Below are positions 1 through 11,622 of a stretch of 64,000 nucleotides of DNA, piece after piece. The position numbers and the translations under genes are program-made. A model generated the notes under the pieces. The model had not been told where the DNA came from, did not search any database, and worked only from the letters and a program-made list of their open reading frames with translations. This DNA is from Bryobacterales bacterium. GTDB taxonomy: Bacteria; Acidobacteriota; Terriglobia; Bryobacterales; UBA6623. The stretch's first letter is position 1; each line of letters begins with the position of its first letter. The DNA lies in the NCBI GenBank assembly GCA_963422375.2, contig CAXXKD010000001.1:128001-192000 (forward strand), in the 5' to 3' direction.

Positions 1-1953
1 GCCCATCGTGGTGTTCATCTCGAGCAGGCCTTCCTTGTCGCCCGGACGGATCTTGGCGTCGCCTAGGACGCGCAGGTTGGCCACTGCGGGCTGGTTCGCC
101 AGCCGGACCGGCGCGAGCGCCTCGACGCCCGCCTGTTGCGTGGAGTACTTCCAGCGGATGTCGTGCTTGAGGCCTTGGATCAGGCGCAGGGCCCGACCGG
201 AGAGCACCTCGATGCTCGCGGGAGGCGAACGCACCACCTTGGCGTCCACCGAGGGCCGGCGCGCGGGGATGCGCAGGGGCCTCTGCTGCTCGCCGGCTAC
301 CGGCGTGACCACGAGCGAAGCGAGCGCGGGTCGCCGGAACAGGCGGCCGTCGTCGGTCCGGCCCTCGCCGTAGAACCGTACCGCCGTCTCCCCCCCCGCC
401 GCGTCGGGCGAGGCGGTCAGAGCGAGGCGTCCGTTGCGGGAGGTGCGCTGGGTGGTCATGCCGCCGAATTCCGCCGGGATGTTGCCGCCCTCGGCGGCCA
501 CGCCCGCGGGCAGCCCCTCGGCCACGATCCGCACGGCGCCTTCGTAGCCCCTGCGGTCCATGGTGAAGGCCACGCTGGTGCTCCCGCCGCGCGGCACGTT
601 GACGTGCGTCTCGTCGAGGCGGAGGATGAAGTCGGCCGGCTGCCGCCGGGCGACCAGGCGATAGGCGAACCCGGGCCCGCCCCGGCCGAGCAGGTCCTCG
701 ACGCTGAGTTCCAGTTCGGAGACTCCCCCCGGCACGCGCAGGCCCAGCGCGGGGTCGCCGAAGGTCTCCGCGCGGGTCGAGATGTTCGAGAGCAGCTCCT
801 CCGGCGGCTGGTCGCCGGCGGAGGCCAGCTTGATGCCGTCTTGGTCGCGCATCACCAGCAGGGTGTACAGCCTTGACGTGCCGAGGACCGCGGCCTGCGT
901 CTCGATCATCCACTCCTCGCCGGGGCGCACCTTGAGCCGGTAGCGGTCGACCTCCCCGGGCGCGGCGATCCGCCCGTTCATCACGCGGCCCTCGCGGAGC
1001 CGCTTCCTGGCCCGGCCCTTCGGCTCCAGAGCTTCCGGCTCGGCGCTCCGGAGCAGCGGGATCGGCAGCCCGCGCAGCTCCCCCGGCAGCGCCGCGCGGT
1101 CCCCGGCGGCCTCGACCTCGAGCGGCGTGTCGAGCGTCCCGCCGGAAAGCCGCACGCGCACGGGCTCCCCCGCCGTCCAGCCGAGGGGGAAGACCGCTTC
1201 GGCGTATTCGAGCGGGCCGGCCAGCAGGCGATAGAAGTTGGTCCGCTGCTTGCTGAAGCGGGCGTCATGCACTTCCACGAGGTAGTCGCCGTCCGCGGGG
1301 GCCGTGAAGTCGATCCGGGCGTCGGCTCCGATTCCGGCCGCATCGTCGCTGCGCGCCAGCAGAGCGCCGCCCGGGGAGCGCACGGCCAGCACCGGATCGA
1401 CGGCCGAGCCGAGCCGCCTGGCCTCGACTTCGAAGACGACGCGCTGGCCCGCCCGGAGCGCGGCGCGGTACACGTCGCGGTCGGCCTCGCCAAGCGTGCC
1501 GCTGACCGCCACGGGCGTCTGGATCGGCTGCGCGCCGCCCTCCGAGTCGTTGCGCGACGCGCGCGTGCGCAGCGATTCGGCCTCGGCCGCCTCGGGCAGG
1601 GAGGAGACGCTGAACAGCCAGGCGTTCGTCAGGCCGTCCTCGGTCTCGAGGGCCAGCGCGTACGCGCCGATCTCGGCGTCGGGCGCGATCTCGAGCAGGT
1701 ACTCGCGGGCGCTGCCAGCCGCGCTGAGCTCCGTCAGCGAGCCCGGGATTGCCGAGCGGACCCGCGCACGGCCGCCGAGTCCGTTGCCCTCGACGGCGAG
1801 CCGCACGGCCGTACCGCGCTGGCCGCCGGGCGGGGAGACCCGCGTCAGGGTGGGGCCGGCGCACAGCGGCTGCAGCACGGCCGCGGCCAGCGCCAGCAGG
1901 CCGGCGAATCGAAGCTCCCTAGGCCGCGAGGGGCGCGCGCGGTGCGGTCGCAT
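1..1953 (-). CDS. Exported pre-peptidase C-terminal (PPC) domain protein, planctomycete-type; 3' end runs off the window
   Basis: Read manually (absent from the ORF track because there is no stop in the window): ATG at 1953 gives MRPHRARPSRPRELRFAGLLALAAAVLQPLCAGPTLTRVSPPGGQRGTAVRLAVEG..., a signal peptide plus the PxGGQRG motif typical of this family; it directly follows the WD40 gene. Confidence 0.75.
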   Translation of the reverse strand, partial: MRPHRARPSRPRELRFAGLLALAAAVLQPLCAGPTLTRVSPPGGQRGTAVRLAVEGNGLGGRARVRSAIPGSLTELSAAGSAREYLLEIAPDAEIGAYALALETEDGLTNAWLFSVSSLPEAAEAESLRTRASRNDSEGGAQPIQTPVAVSGTLGEADRDVYRAALRAGQRVVFEVEARRLGSAVDPVLAVRSPGGALLARSDDAAGIGADARIDFTAPADGDYLVEVHDARFSKQRTNFYRLLAGPLEYAEAVFPLGWTAGEPVRVRLSGGTLDTPLEVEAAGDRAALPGELRGLPIPLLRSAEPEALEPKGRARKRLREGRVMNGRIAAPGEVDRYRLKVRPGEEWMIETQAAVLGTSRLYTLLVMRDQDGIKLASAGDQPPEELLSNISTRAETFGDPALGLRVPGGVSELELSVEDLLGRGGPGFAYRLVARRQPADFILRLDETHVNVPRGGSTSVAFTMDRRGYEGAVRIVAEGLPAGVAAEGGNIPAEFGGMTTQRTSRNGRLALTASPDAAGGETAVRFYGEGRTDDGRLFRRPALASLVVTPVAGEQQRPLRIPARRPSVDAKVVRSPPASIEVLSGRALRLIQGLKHDIRWKYSTQQAGVEALAPVRLANQPAVANLRVLGDAKIRPGDKEGLLEMNTTMG

Positions 1954-1957
1954 GGGC

Positions 1958-3331
1958 TCAGCCCGCGTCGCCTGCTGCCGCGGAGGCGCCGGCGCGCTCG
2001 AGCGGCACGGGCACGAACGAGCTGGCCGGCGCGCCCGTCCGCGCGTCGTAGACGCGGACAACGCCGTCGAAGCCGCCGGTCGCGACGCGGCTGCCGTCCG
2101 GGTGGAAGGCCACCACGAAGATGCCGCCTTCGTGGCCGGTGCAGGTCGCCACGCGCTCGCCCGATTCGGTGTCGTAGACCGGCACCTCGCCGGCGACCCC
2201 GCCGACCGCGATCCGCGACCCGTCCGGGCTGAAGGCGAGCGCGAAGATCTTGCCCTCCTGTTCCTCGAACTCCCGGACGAGCGTCGAGTCATCGGCGATC
2301 TTCAGCGCCCTGGGCCGGTCCATCGTGTACAGGTAGGGTACGCGGTCCTCACCTCCGATCAGGACGTAGTCGCGCAACGGGTGGCGGGCGATCGCGTACA
2401 GCTTGTCGCGCAGGAAATTCACGTTCTCGAGGAAGGCTCCGGTGGCGGCGTCGGCGAGCTTCGCCGCGCGGTCGCGGCCGATGGAGACCAGCCGCTTGCC
2501 GTCGACGCCGAACACCGCCTGCAGCACCCAGTCCTCGTGGTGCCCGGCCTTGAACAATTCCTCGCCGCTGGCGAGATCGACCATGCGGACCGTCTTGTCG
2601 GCGGCCCCGAATACCGCCCTGGTCCCGTCCGGCGACAGATCGCCGGCGAACAGCGTGTCGGAGGTCGCGGTATAGGAATGCACCTGCTCGCCTAGCTCGA
2701 GATCCCAGACCTGCAGCTCGCCGAAGCGCGCCGGCGTGCCCCCGACGGCGATCAGCCGGCGGCCGTCGGGCGAGAAGTCGATGGAATGGATCTTGTCGGC
2801 GCGGCCCAGCAGGCGCGCCTCGATGGACGAGCCGTCCGCCTTGTGCAGGAGGATCTCCTGGAACCCCCCGACGGCCAGCAGGGCGCCGTCGGGCGAGTAC
2901 GCCAGGCCGGTGATCGTGGGGGCTTGGGCGTAGGTCGGGGGTTCCGACGGCACCTGCGGTGCCTTGGCCTCGGCCGGGGTGTCGTCCTCGGCTCCTTCGC
3001 GCACCCAGCGCTCCAGCAGGTCGACGGCCTGCGACGCCAGGGGGCCCCCTCCCATCGGCATGCGGGGCTCCATCTGCCCTGTTACCAAGTTCACCAGCGG
3101 GCTGTTCCCGGGGGCGCCCTTGGCCACCGCGGCGCCGTGCTTCGCCCCTCCGCGAACGATCCCGGGGTAATTCGTGATGTCGAGCCCGCTCATGCTGTTG
3201 GCAGGCTGGTGGCAGCCCGAGCAGTGGACCTGGAGCAGCGGGCGCACCTCCTCGAAGTAGCTGACGGGCTCGGCCGCCCCCGCGATGGCGATCAGCGCGG
3301 TCACGGCCGCGAGGAGGCGCAGGTAGCACAT
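1958..3331 (-). CDS. Planctomycete cytochrome c (CxxCH) plus WD40-repeat protein
   Basis: Signal peptide, CSGCH heme motif, SxLV..V....PRMP...L..W..EGA pattern, then repeated FSPDG / GHEGGIFVVAFHPDG WD40 repeats. Confidence 0.85.
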   Translation of the reverse strand: MCYLRLLAAVTALIAIAGAAEPVSYFEEVRPLLQVHCSGCHQPANSMSGLDITNYPGIVRGGAKHGAAVAKGAPGNSPLVNLVTGQMEPRMPMGGGPLASQAVDLLERWVREGAEDDTPAEAKAPQVPSEPPTYAQAPTITGLAYSPDGALLAVGGFQEILLHKADGSSIEARLLGRADKIHSIDFSPDGRRLIAVGGTPARFGELQVWDLELGEQVHSYTATSDTLFAGDLSPDGTRAVFGAADKTVRMVDLASGEELFKAGHHEDWVLQAVFGVDGKRLVSIGRDRAAKLADAATGAFLENVNFLRDKLYAIARHPLRDYVLIGGEDRVPYLYTMDRPRALKIADDSTLVREFEEQEGKIFALAFSPDGSRIAVGGVAGEVPVYDTESGERVATCTGHEGGIFVVAFHPDGSRVATGGFDGVVRVYDARTGAPASSFVPVPLERAGASAAAGDAG

Positions 3332-3585
3332 GCGATTACGGTTCCCACAGTATTGTAGGCGCTAGGCTCTCCCCGCTCAAGGGGGGAGGGGCGGGCAGCT
3401 GCCCGCATTCCGTCGACGCGGGCCCGGGCGGACGTCGCGCTGCCCTTCGCCCGGCCTCGGAGCGGCCCCGGCTTCGGTTACCTAGATATCCGGCGGGCCA
3501 TCGGTGGATCGCTTGCGGGCGGAGCAGATGGCGAGCGGAGCGCTGCCCGCGAGTCGCTTCTTGGTCCGGAGTCGTATCTGAACGA

Positions 3586-5420
3586 GTGCGTCAGACCCTC
3601 AAGAGGGCCGCAAGGAAGCTTCCCCGCCAGAAGCCCGAGGAGCTTTGCAAGCTCGCCCTGCGGGCGCTCGGCTCCGGGGACGCCAAGCAGGCCTTGGACC
3701 ACCTGAAGCGGGCGCGCTTCAGGGGAGCGACGCCCGAGCAAGCGGACCCTCTCCTTCACTACGCGTACGTCGCCCGGGCCCGGGCGCTCGAGGCGCGGGG
3801 CCTGCCCAGAGAGACCCAAGCCGCCCTGGGACACGCCGAGCGGTATCGCGACGCCTCCGAGGGCGCCGAGGTCTTGGCGGACCAGCCGGTCCCGATCCTG
3901 AAGGCGCAGGGGGCGCGGAGTGTTTCCGGACGTACGCCCGATTCCTGCGATCCAACGGGCCGTATCGCGAGGCCGAGGCGGACCTGGCGAACCGGCTCGT
4001 CGTGCGTCGCGACTTCGCGCACGCGAGCGAGCTTGGCGACCGCGCCGCCTTCAGGCGCGACGCCGAGCTGCTGGCCTCGGCGCTGGACCCGATGGACCGG
4101 GGCGACTGGGAGTCGCCCGCCGAGGCGCTCGGGTCGCTGTCCGACGCCTCGCCGTTCGTGCAGCGGTCTACGCTCTGCCGTGCGCAGGGGCGACATGACC
4201 GAGATGCAGAGCTTGATCCGACCGCTGGCGCACGGCTTCCCCATCCGGTCCGCGGCCAAGGCGCTGCGGGCGGTCGCCAGGGAAGGGCGCTCCGATTCCG
4301 CAGCCGCGGCGCGATCGCTCGGAATGCACGGCGCGAGGGCCGTCCTGGCGGGCCGCGCTCTGCGCGAGGCGGTCTAGCGCGGTCGCCGCGGACGAGGCGC
4401 CGGAGCTGCGGACCGAGCTGGCACGCGCTCTGCATCCTAGAACGCGGTCCGACGAGCCCGTCAGCGGGCTGGAGTACGACGACTGGCTCGAGGTGGTCGA
4501 GCGCGCCGTTCCGAATGCTCGCCAGGAAGCCGAGGAATGCCACGCGGACTTCCAGATGCCGGGAGTCGACCCGGCACCGAAGTGGGAGCCTACGAAGCCT
4601 AGGAAATCCTCGACGTGCTGGACGATCTTCTGCCCGATCCAGCGGCGCGCCGGATCGCGCGGGCCCGCGTCCTATTCGGGCTGGCTCGGCGCTACGAGCA
4701 CATAGACTGCTGGGATTTCGAGGACGGAGCGTACGACACCCTGCTCTCGCTGCGGACGCACGGCCCATCTAGGTCCCATCGGCAGTTCGTGATGGGCCCG
4801 CCCTCAGCCTCGGCCTCCTTGCTGAAGATGGCCGTCGATGATGACCCAGCCTTTCGCGAGGCTCACGAGAAGCGGGTCTCGCTTCTCAAATTCTTCAGGT
4901 GGGTCTCGACCGCGGAAGTCATCTCGGCGCTCGAGGCGTGGGCGCAAGGCTTGCCGGAGGATTCCGACGCGTGGATCGGACTCGCGGAACAGCGCTTGCA
5001 GAGCAATGCCCATCGCAAGGCCGGGGCCGCCCTGGCGAAGGCGTGCGCCGACGCGGGCCCGGACGAGCGGGTGACCGACCTGCAGGCCGCGTCGCCCCTC
5101 ATGGCCGCTGGGAGCTTGCGCGCGAGGACGTCAAGGCCGCGCCCCTGTCCGCCGGGCGCAAGCCGGAGCCCTTTGCGGGAGCATGGAAGGCGATCATCGG
5201 CAGCGCGCCGGGGCGCGACTCCCAGCTGGCGGATGCCGTTCGCGCCGAGTTCGACGTGATCCCGCCGGTCGTGCGGGCGCGAGCCGTCTGCTGCGTGTTG
5301 GACGTGTTCGATTGCGCCGAGTACCGTCTGGCCCCGGACCGGGGCACGCCCTGCAGCGCTCGCCCGAAGTGCTGCAAGCGGCGGCGCTGGCAGAGCGGGA
5401 CCTCCCGTCCGCGCTGGCGA
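3586..5420 (+). pseudogene. Frameshifted helical/TPR-like protein gene (end approximate)
   Basis: Protein-like helical segments are split across several + frames (3586 ..ALDHLKRA..LLHYAYVARARALE..; 3645 frame ..LASALDPMDRGDWE..; 4615 frame ..DSDAWIGLAEQRLQSNAHRKAGAALAKA..). Confidence 0.5.
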
Positions 5421-5485
5421 GCTGGAGGGAATGGCGCTCGGCGGCGGTGTGCTAACATCGGCTCGTCGCAGCGGCGACGGAGCGC

Positions 5486-5770
5486 ATGGCGGACAACCGG
5501 CTTCCTTGCTTCGTGATCGGGCTGGGCGTGGGTGCCGCCTTGGGCCTGCTCGCGGCGCCGAGCCGGGGCAGCAAGACCCGGGGCGACCTGCGCCGCGCCG
5601 CCGAGCGGGGGCGCGAGTTCGTGACCCGCGGTTCCGCGGACCTGCGCAAGTGCGCCGAGGTGGCCGTCGAACGCGGAAGGGAGACCGTCCAGGAGCAGCG
5701 GGCGAACCTTGATTCCGCCTACCGCGCGGGAATGGACGCGTATCGCCGCGCGGCGGGCGAGCATTGGTAA
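5486..5770 (+). CDS. YtxH-domain protein
   Basis: FVIGLGVGAALGLLAAPSRGSKTRGDL is the YtxH signature. Confidence 0.85.
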   Translation: MADNRLPCFVIGLGVGAALGLLAAPSRGSKTRGDLRRAAERGREFVTRGSADLRKCAEVAVERGRETVQEQRANLDSAYRAGMDAYRRAAGEHW

Positions 5771-5813
5771 GGGGCGGGTCCCGGGCGCGCTGCTTGGCGC
5801 GCCGTTGCATGCC

Positions 5814-6323
5814 ATGACCGAAACGGACACGCTGCTGACGGTGATTGCCGTGCTCGCCTTGGTGATTGCGGCGGTTATGATGGTTATCGCGTGGTCGGCC
5901 TACACCACCGCACATACGGTCCGTCGCTTGGAGCGGCGCGCCAACGAGTTCTTCGACGCGTGGCAGCCGGCCGCGGGGGAGCTGCGGCAGTCGGTGCAGG
6001 ACTTCACCGAGCAGTCCGGCGAGCTGCTGTCCAGGCTTAACGGCCTGTCGGCCCTCCTGCACAAGCAGGCGCTCAAGTCCGAGTCGGCGGTGCAGAAGGT
6101 CGCCGAGGCGGCGAGCCGCAACGTCGAGGAAGTGGACGCGGCGGTCCGAGCGGTCCTGGCCCGGATCCGGGCGGCGACCGAGGCGCTGGAGCGTGCGGTG
6201 AGGGTGCCCGTGACCAAGGTGAGAGCCGTGGCCGTGGGCCTTCGCGAGGGGGTCCGGCAGTACTCCCGCGGCGCCTCCCGGGACCCCGGACGGGTGTCCA
6301 CCGACGAGGAGATGTTCATCTAG
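5814..6323 (+). CDS. Membrane-anchored coiled-coil protein (DUF948-like)
   Basis: ATG at 5814, N-terminal TM helix followed by amphipathic helices, adjacent to ytxH-like gene. Confidence 0.6.
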   Translation: MTETDTLLTVIAVLALVIAAVMMVIAWSAYTTAHTVRRLERRANEFFDAWQPAAGELRQSVQDFTEQSGELLSRLNGLSALLHKQALKSESAVQKVAEAASRNVEEVDAAVRAVLARIRAATEALERAVRVPVTKVRAVAVGLREGVRQYSRGASRDPGRVSTDEEMFI

Positions 6324-6359
6324 GCCGCCGCCGCGGCGCGAGGACCGGAGGAGAGAGAC

Positions 6360-7517
6360 TTGAAACCCAAGGAGCAGGCAGCCGGCCAGGAGCGGACCTA
6401 CCGCGTGGCGCTTCTCGGCACGAAGTTCATGGGCAAGGCCCACAGCCAGGCCTACCGCAACGTGAACATGTACTTCCCCGACGCGCCGTCGGTCGAGCGG
6501 GCGGTGATCTGCGGGCGGAGCCCGGAGGAGACCGAGCAGGCAAGGCGGGCGTTCGGCTGGGACGAGGCCTCCACCGACTGGCGCGCCGTCGTCGCCAGAC
6601 CCGATATTGACATTGTCGACGTGTCGACGCCGGGGAACTTGCATTGCGACATGGTGCTCGCGGCCGCGGCGGCCGGCAAGCACGTTGTCTGCGAGAAGCC
6701 GCTTGCCAACACGCTGGGCGAGGCCAAGCGCATGCTGCAGGCCGTCCGGGCGGCGGACGTGTCGCACCTGCTGATGCACAACTACCGCCGCGTGCCGGCC
6801 GTGGCCCTGGCCAAGCGCATGGTCGACGACGGCCGGGTCGGCCGCATATACCACTTCCGGGCCCGCTACTTCCAGGACTGGGCTCTCTCGCCCGACCTCG
6901 AGCTGGTATGGCGCTTCGACGCCAAGCTGGCGGGCAGCGGGGCTCTGGGCGACTTGGGAGCGCACGTGATCGACTTGGGCCGGTACCTCTGCGGGGAAAT
7001 CGCCGAGCTGGCGTCGACCTGCGAGACGTTCGTCAATCGGCGCGCCGTGGTAGCGGGCTCCAGCCGAATGGCGGACGTGACGGTCGACGATGCCGTCGCG
7101 ATGTGCGTGCGATTCGAGAACGGGGCCATCGGCACGATCGAGGCGTCACGTTTCGCGCCCGGACGCAAGAACCACAACACGTTCGAAATCAACGGGAGCA
7201 AGGGGTCGATCGCGTTCGACCTCGAGAACCTCAACAACCTCCGCTACTATTCCACCGAGGACGCGGCGGACGCGCAGGGCTTCCGCCAGATCATCGCCTG
7301 CTCGCTAGGCGCGCATCCGTACGCGGACGCATGGTGGTTCGACGGCCACCTGCTGGGCTACGAGCACAGCTTCACGCACACCGTCTACGACTGGCTGACC
7401 GCCCTGGCTGCCGGGTCGTCGACGCACCCGGACTTCGGGGACGGGCTGCGGAACCAGCAGGTGCTGGACGCCGCCATGCGGGCTGCGGCGAGCCGGCGCT
7501 GGGAGACCGTCGGATAG
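6360..7517 (+). CDS. Gfo/Idh/MocA family oxidoreductase
   Basis: GTKFMGKAHS, KHVVCEKPLA and GALGDLGAHVIDL motifs. Confidence 0.92.
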   Translation: MKPKEQAAGQERTYRVALLGTKFMGKAHSQAYRNVNMYFPDAPSVERAVICGRSPEETEQARRAFGWDEASTDWRAVVARPDIDIVDVSTPGNLHCDMVLAAAAAGKHVVCEKPLANTLGEAKRMLQAVRAADVSHLLMHNYRRVPAVALAKRMVDDGRVGRIYHFRARYFQDWALSPDLELVWRFDAKLAGSGALGDLGAHVIDLGRYLCGEIAELASTCETFVNRRAVVAGSSRMADVTVDDAVAMCVRFENGAIGTIEASRFAPGRKNHNTFEINGSKGSIAFDLENLNNLRYYSTEDAADAQGFRQIIACSLGAHPYADAWWFDGHLLGYEHSFTHTVYDWLTALAAGSSTHPDFGDGLRNQQVLDAAMRAAASRRWETVG

Positions 7518-7724
7518 CGCGGGACGTCGTCGTCGGCTTCCCGCATTTCGGCGAGCCCTCGGTTTGCTAGCGCCCGGCGACGGCTGGCTTGCGCTGCTCC
7601 CGCGCGGCCCGCGTTCCTCCCCCGTGGAACCCTTCCCCCGAAGTCGGCCCGCGCTCCTCGCGGGTGCCGGCCACGACCGCCGGGCCTCCGCACGCGCCGC
7701 CGAACGCTCCTGTAAAATGGGGAT

Positions 7725-8498
7725 TTGCGCGTCGCAACCTGGAACGTGAACGGCCTGCGGGCGCGACTCGGGTACGTCCTCGGCTGGCTGCGGGCGAGGC
7801 AGCCCGACGTCGTGGGCCTCCAGGAACTGAAGCTGCGCGACGAGCAGTTCCCCGCGTCCGCGTTCGAAGACCTGGGCTACCGGGCCGCGACGCACGGCCA
7901 GAAGGCCTGGAACGGGGTGGCGATCCTTGCCCGGGAGCCTCTCGCGGTCACTCAGGTAGGGCTGCCCGGCCAGGAGGACCTCGGCGCCCGCTTGCTGACC
8001 GCGGAAGTGGGCGGCCTGTCCTTCACGACCGTCTACGTGCCGAACGGCAAGACGCTGGAGCACCCGGATTTCCCCCGCAAGCTGGCTTGGCTGGACGACC
8101 TCGCGAAGCACTTCGGCGAGCGCCAGGCGCCGGACCGCGCCGCCATCTTGTGCGGCGACTTCAACGTCGCCCCCGCCGGCATCGACACCTGGGACGAGGA
8201 GCGGCTCGCCGGAACGCTGTTCCACACTGAATCCGAACGCGAGCGGCTTGCGTACCTGCTACAATGGGGCCTAAAGGATCTATTCCGGCACAGGCATCCC
8301 GACAAGAAGATGTTCTCTTGGTGGGACTACCGCGCCGGGGCCTTCTACCGTAATCTAGGCCTGCGGATTGACTTCCTGCTGGGCACGGCGACCATCGTCG
8401 AGCGGCTGGAGTCGGTTTGCATCGACCGCGACTACCGCAAGAAGAAGGACGGCTTGGTCGCGTCGGACCACGCCCCTGTCATCGCGGATCTCTCCTGA
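7725..8498 (+). CDS. xth: Exodeoxyribonuclease III
   Basis: ATWNVNG, LQELK, YVPNG, GDFNVAP, WWDYR, GLRID and SDHAP motifs. Confidence 0.95.
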   Translation: MRVATWNVNGLRARLGYVLGWLRARQPDVVGLQELKLRDEQFPASAFEDLGYRAATHGQKAWNGVAILAREPLAVTQVGLPGQEDLGARLLTAEVGGLSFTTVYVPNGKTLEHPDFPRKLAWLDDLAKHFGERQAPDRAAILCGDFNVAPAGIDTWDEERLAGTLFHTESERERLAYLLQWGLKDLFRHRHPDKKMFSWWDYRAGAFYRNLGLRIDFLLGTATIVERLESVCIDRDYRKKKDGLVASDHAPVIADLS

Positions 8499-8548
8499 GC
8501 ATCTTCCGATCGTGCGAATCTGACTGAAAGGGGTCGCAACAACCAATC

Positions 8549-9325
8549 ATGCGTAGCACCCGATGCTTCCGCGCCCTGCTTGGGCTGGCGGTGCTGGGCG
8601 TTCTCCCGTCCGGCCTGTCCGGTCAGGACGATCCCGCTTCCCAGCGTCGTAGCCCGAGGGTCGAGTTCGAGAGATTCTCCATGGGCTTCCGCCTCGGCTA
8701 CCAGGTCACCGCCCAGATCACGGAGGGCACCGACGAGCAGACCAGTACCTCCACGATCCCGGCCACCCTGTTCAAGGCCACCTCCGAGCCCCAGCAGGAC
8801 TCGTGGGGCATGGGCGGCGGCGTGCAGTTCAACATCCTCCCGCGCTGGGGCGTCACGGCCGATCTCATCGCCCACAGCATCCGGTTCAGGACGGGCACGC
8901 GCATCGAGCGGCGCGAGACGGCGACCCGCGGCAGGCAGCTGATACTGAACGAGTTCCTAGTAACGGAGGCGAACCACTGGGACATCCCGGTGACGGTTCG
9001 ATACTACCTGAACGGCCCGCGGCAGAGAGCGCGGCCTTTCATCTCCGGTGGCGTCGCGATGCGCATGGTTCGGAACGCAAAGGCGACGCGCGAGATCGGG
9101 GCCATCGACGGAGGGGAGAGCGAGTTCGTGGCAGTGACCCCGAAAGTGGCGTCCGAAACCACCATGGGCGCGGTCGGCGGCCTTGGTTTCGAACTGATCG
9201 ACGACATCAAGCTCAAGCTGAGCGTGGAGGGGCGCTACATGCGCTGGCAGAACAAGTCGTTCGAGATCGGCTTGGCCAACGCCCTGCGCAACCACGTGGA
9301 GATCGTCGTAGGGCTCTCCTGGTAG
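8549..9325 (+). CDS. Outer-membrane beta-barrel protein
   Basis: Signal peptide, alternating beta-strand pattern, WDIPV..RYY, RPFISGG, C-terminal aromatic residue (VGLSW). Confidence 0.75.
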   Translation: MRSTRCFRALLGLAVLGVLPSGLSGQDDPASQRRSPRVEFERFSMGFRLGYQVTAQITEGTDEQTSTSTIPATLFKATSEPQQDSWGMGGGVQFNILPRWGVTADLIAHSIRFRTGTRIERRETATRGRQLILNEFLVTEANHWDIPVTVRYYLNGPRQRARPFISGGVAMRMVRNAKATREIGAIDGGESEFVAVTPKVASETTMGAVGGLGFELIDDIKLKLSVEGRYMRWQNKSFEIGLANALRNHVEIVVGLSW

Positions 9326-9493
9326 CCGGGCCGCATCGGACGGCGAGCCCGGCCCGAAACACGGCGCAGCCGCCTTCCCCGGGCGGGCCCTCGCCAAGGC
9401 ACGGCGGACGCCCGCGGCAGGACATGCGCCCCTAGGCGGCGGGAAAGGTCGCCCGCGAATCCGGTCGGCATCGGACTGATACTATCGCGAGAG

Positions 9494-11620
9494 ATGCCGA
9501 ACCGGCTCGCGCTCGAAACCAGCCCCTACCTGCTCCAGCACGCCGAGAATCCCGTTGACTGGTATGCGTGGGGCGAGGAGGCCCTCGCGCGGGCCCGCCG
9601 GGAGGACAAGCCGATCTTCCTGAGCATCGGGTACGCCGCTTGCCACTGGTGCCATGTCATGGAGCGGGAATCCTTCGAGGACGAAGGCGTAGCCGACATC
9701 CTCAACGAGGGCTTCGTCTCGATCAAGGTGGACCGCGAGGAGCGGCCCGACCTCGACGAGATTTACATGGCGGCGACGATGCTTTTCTCGGGCGGGCACG
9801 GCGGTTGGCCGATGAGCGTATTCCTCGCGCCGACGCTGAAACCGCTCTACGCAGGAACCTACTTTCCGAAGGATGACGGGCACGGCCGGCCCGGGTTCAA
9901 GACGTTGCTGCGGTTCCTGCTGGCGAAATGGGGCGGCGAGAGGCCCGCGCTTCTGGACGGCGCCGAACGGGTCACGCAGGCCATGGTCGACATGAACCGC
10001 CGTGAGGCCGGGGAGTCGCTGCCCGGGCCGGAGCACGTCGTCACCGCGGCCAGCGCGATCTTCCGAGCGGTCGACCACTCGCAGGGCGGCATAGCGAGCG
10101 GAAGCAACAAGTTTCCGCAGTCCATGTCGCTGGAACTGCTCCTGAGGGCATACCGGGCCACCGGCGAAGCCCGCTACCGCGCAGCGGTGGACCTGACGCT
10201 GGAGCGCATTTGCTCGGGCGGGATTTACGACCATCTCGGCGGCGGCCTTCATCGCTACGCGACGGATCCCCGCTGGCTTGTGCCGCACTTCGAGAAAATG
10301 CTCTACGACCAGGCACTGGTCGTATCCGTCCTCCTCGACGCGTGGCAGGCCACCCAGGACGGCTCCAGGAAGCGCCTCTTCGCGAGCCGGGCCCGCGGCA
10401 TCTGCGATTACGTGCTGCGCGACTTGCGCAGTCCGGAGGGGGCCTTCTACTCCAGCGAGGACGCTGACAGCGAGGGCAAGGAAGGCAAGTTCTACGTCTG
10501 GACCCGCGAGGAGATCGAGGGTGCGCTCGGGCCCGACGACGCCCGTCTCTTCGCCTCGCACTACGACGTGTCCGCCCACGGCAATTGGATGCATCCCGGC
10601 GATGCTCACGTGCCCGCCGGCCCGAAGAACGTGCTGCATGTGGTCCGCCCGGCGGAAGTGATCGCGGGACTGGACCGCATCGACGTCGAGTCGGTGGAGG
10701 CATCGCTGGCCCGTTCCAAGGCCCGGCTGCTGGAACTGCGGACCTGCAGGGTGCGTCCGGCACGGGACGACAAGGTGCTCACGGGTTGGAACGGCCTGAT
10801 GATCGCCGCCCTGGCGAAGGCCGCGGCCGTGCTGCAGGAGCCCCGGTACGGCGACGCTGCCGCGCGGGCGGCCGACTTCCTGCTGCGCGAGCTGCGCCGG
10901 GACGGCCGGCTGCTCGCCACCTTCGGACGCGGCCAGGCGCGCCTGGCCGCCTACAGCACGGACTACGCGTTCCTCGTGGAGGGCTTGCTGGCGGCCTACG
11001 AGTGGAGCGGCGACCCGCGCTACCTGTTCGAATCGGAGAGCCTAGCCGACGCGCTGATCGAGCATTACTGGGACAGCGACCTCGGGGGCTTCTTCCTCAC
11101 GGCATCCGATCACGAGGAGTTGCTGCTGAGGAACAACACCGTCCAGGACGGAGCCACCCCGTCGGCCAATTCCGTCATGGCGCTGTGTTTCCAGAAGCTG
11201 GCCGTCCTGCTAGGCCGAGCGGACTTCCGGAATCGGGCCGGGTCGATACTGAAGGCCTTCGTTGATCCCTCCGCGCGCTTGGTATTCCAGCAGGAGCGCC
11301 TGCTATGCGCCTTGGACGACTGGCACCGGGGCTGGGACGAGATCGCCGTGGTCGGGCCGAGGGACGATCGCCGCACGCAGGCGCTGCTGACCCGCGTGCA
11401 TCGCGACTACCGCCCGAGCAAGGTCGTGGCGCTTCTGGCGCGGCCGGGCTCCGCCGAAGCGCGGGGGCTGCCCCTGCTCGCGGCCCGCGGCTTGGTCGAC
11501 GGCCGGCCCGCGGCGTACGTCTGCCGGAACTACGCCTGCGAGAGGCCTGTCACCGATCCGGAGGCCCTGTTCCCAGTGTCTCGCCCCGCACCGGCTCCCG
11601 GGCCGGCTCGGGCGAATTGA
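9494..11620 (+). CDS. Thioredoxin-domain protein, YyaL/SSP411 family
   Basis: [33 protein letters not shown] and [11 protein letters not shown] motifs. Confidence 0.93.
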   Translation: MPNRLALETSPYLLQHAENPVDWYAWGEEALARARREDKPIFLSIGYAACHWCHVMERESFEDEGVADILNEGFVSIKVDREERPDLDEIYMAATMLFSGGHGGWPMSVFLAPTLKPLYAGTYFPKDDGHGRPGFKTLLRFLLAKWGGERPALLDGAERVTQAMVDMNRREAGESLPGPEHVVTAASAIFRAVDHSQGGIASGSNKFPQSMSLELLLRAYRATGEARYRAAVDLTLERICSGGIYDHLGGGLHRYATDPRWLVPHFEKMLYDQALVVSVLLDAWQATQDGSRKRLFASRARGICDYVLRDLRSPEGAFYSSEDADSEGKEGKFYVWTREEIEGALGPDDARLFASHYDVSAHGNWMHPGDAHVPAGPKNVLHVVRPAEVIAGLDRIDVESVEASLARSKARLLELRTCRVRPARDDKVLTGWNGLMIAALAKAAAVLQEPRYGDAAARAADFLLRELRRDGRLLATFGRGQARLAAYSTDYAFLVEGLLAAYEWSGDPRYLFESESLADALIEHYWDSDLGGFFLTASDHEELLLRNNTVQDGATPSANSVMALCFQKLAVLLGRADFRNRAGSILKAFVDPSARLVFQQERLLCALDDWHRGWDEIAVVGPRDDRRTQALLTRVHRDYRPSKVVALLARPGSAEARGLPLLAARGLVDGRPAAYVCRNYACERPVTDPEALFPVSRPAPAPGPARAN

Positions 11621-11622
11621 AC

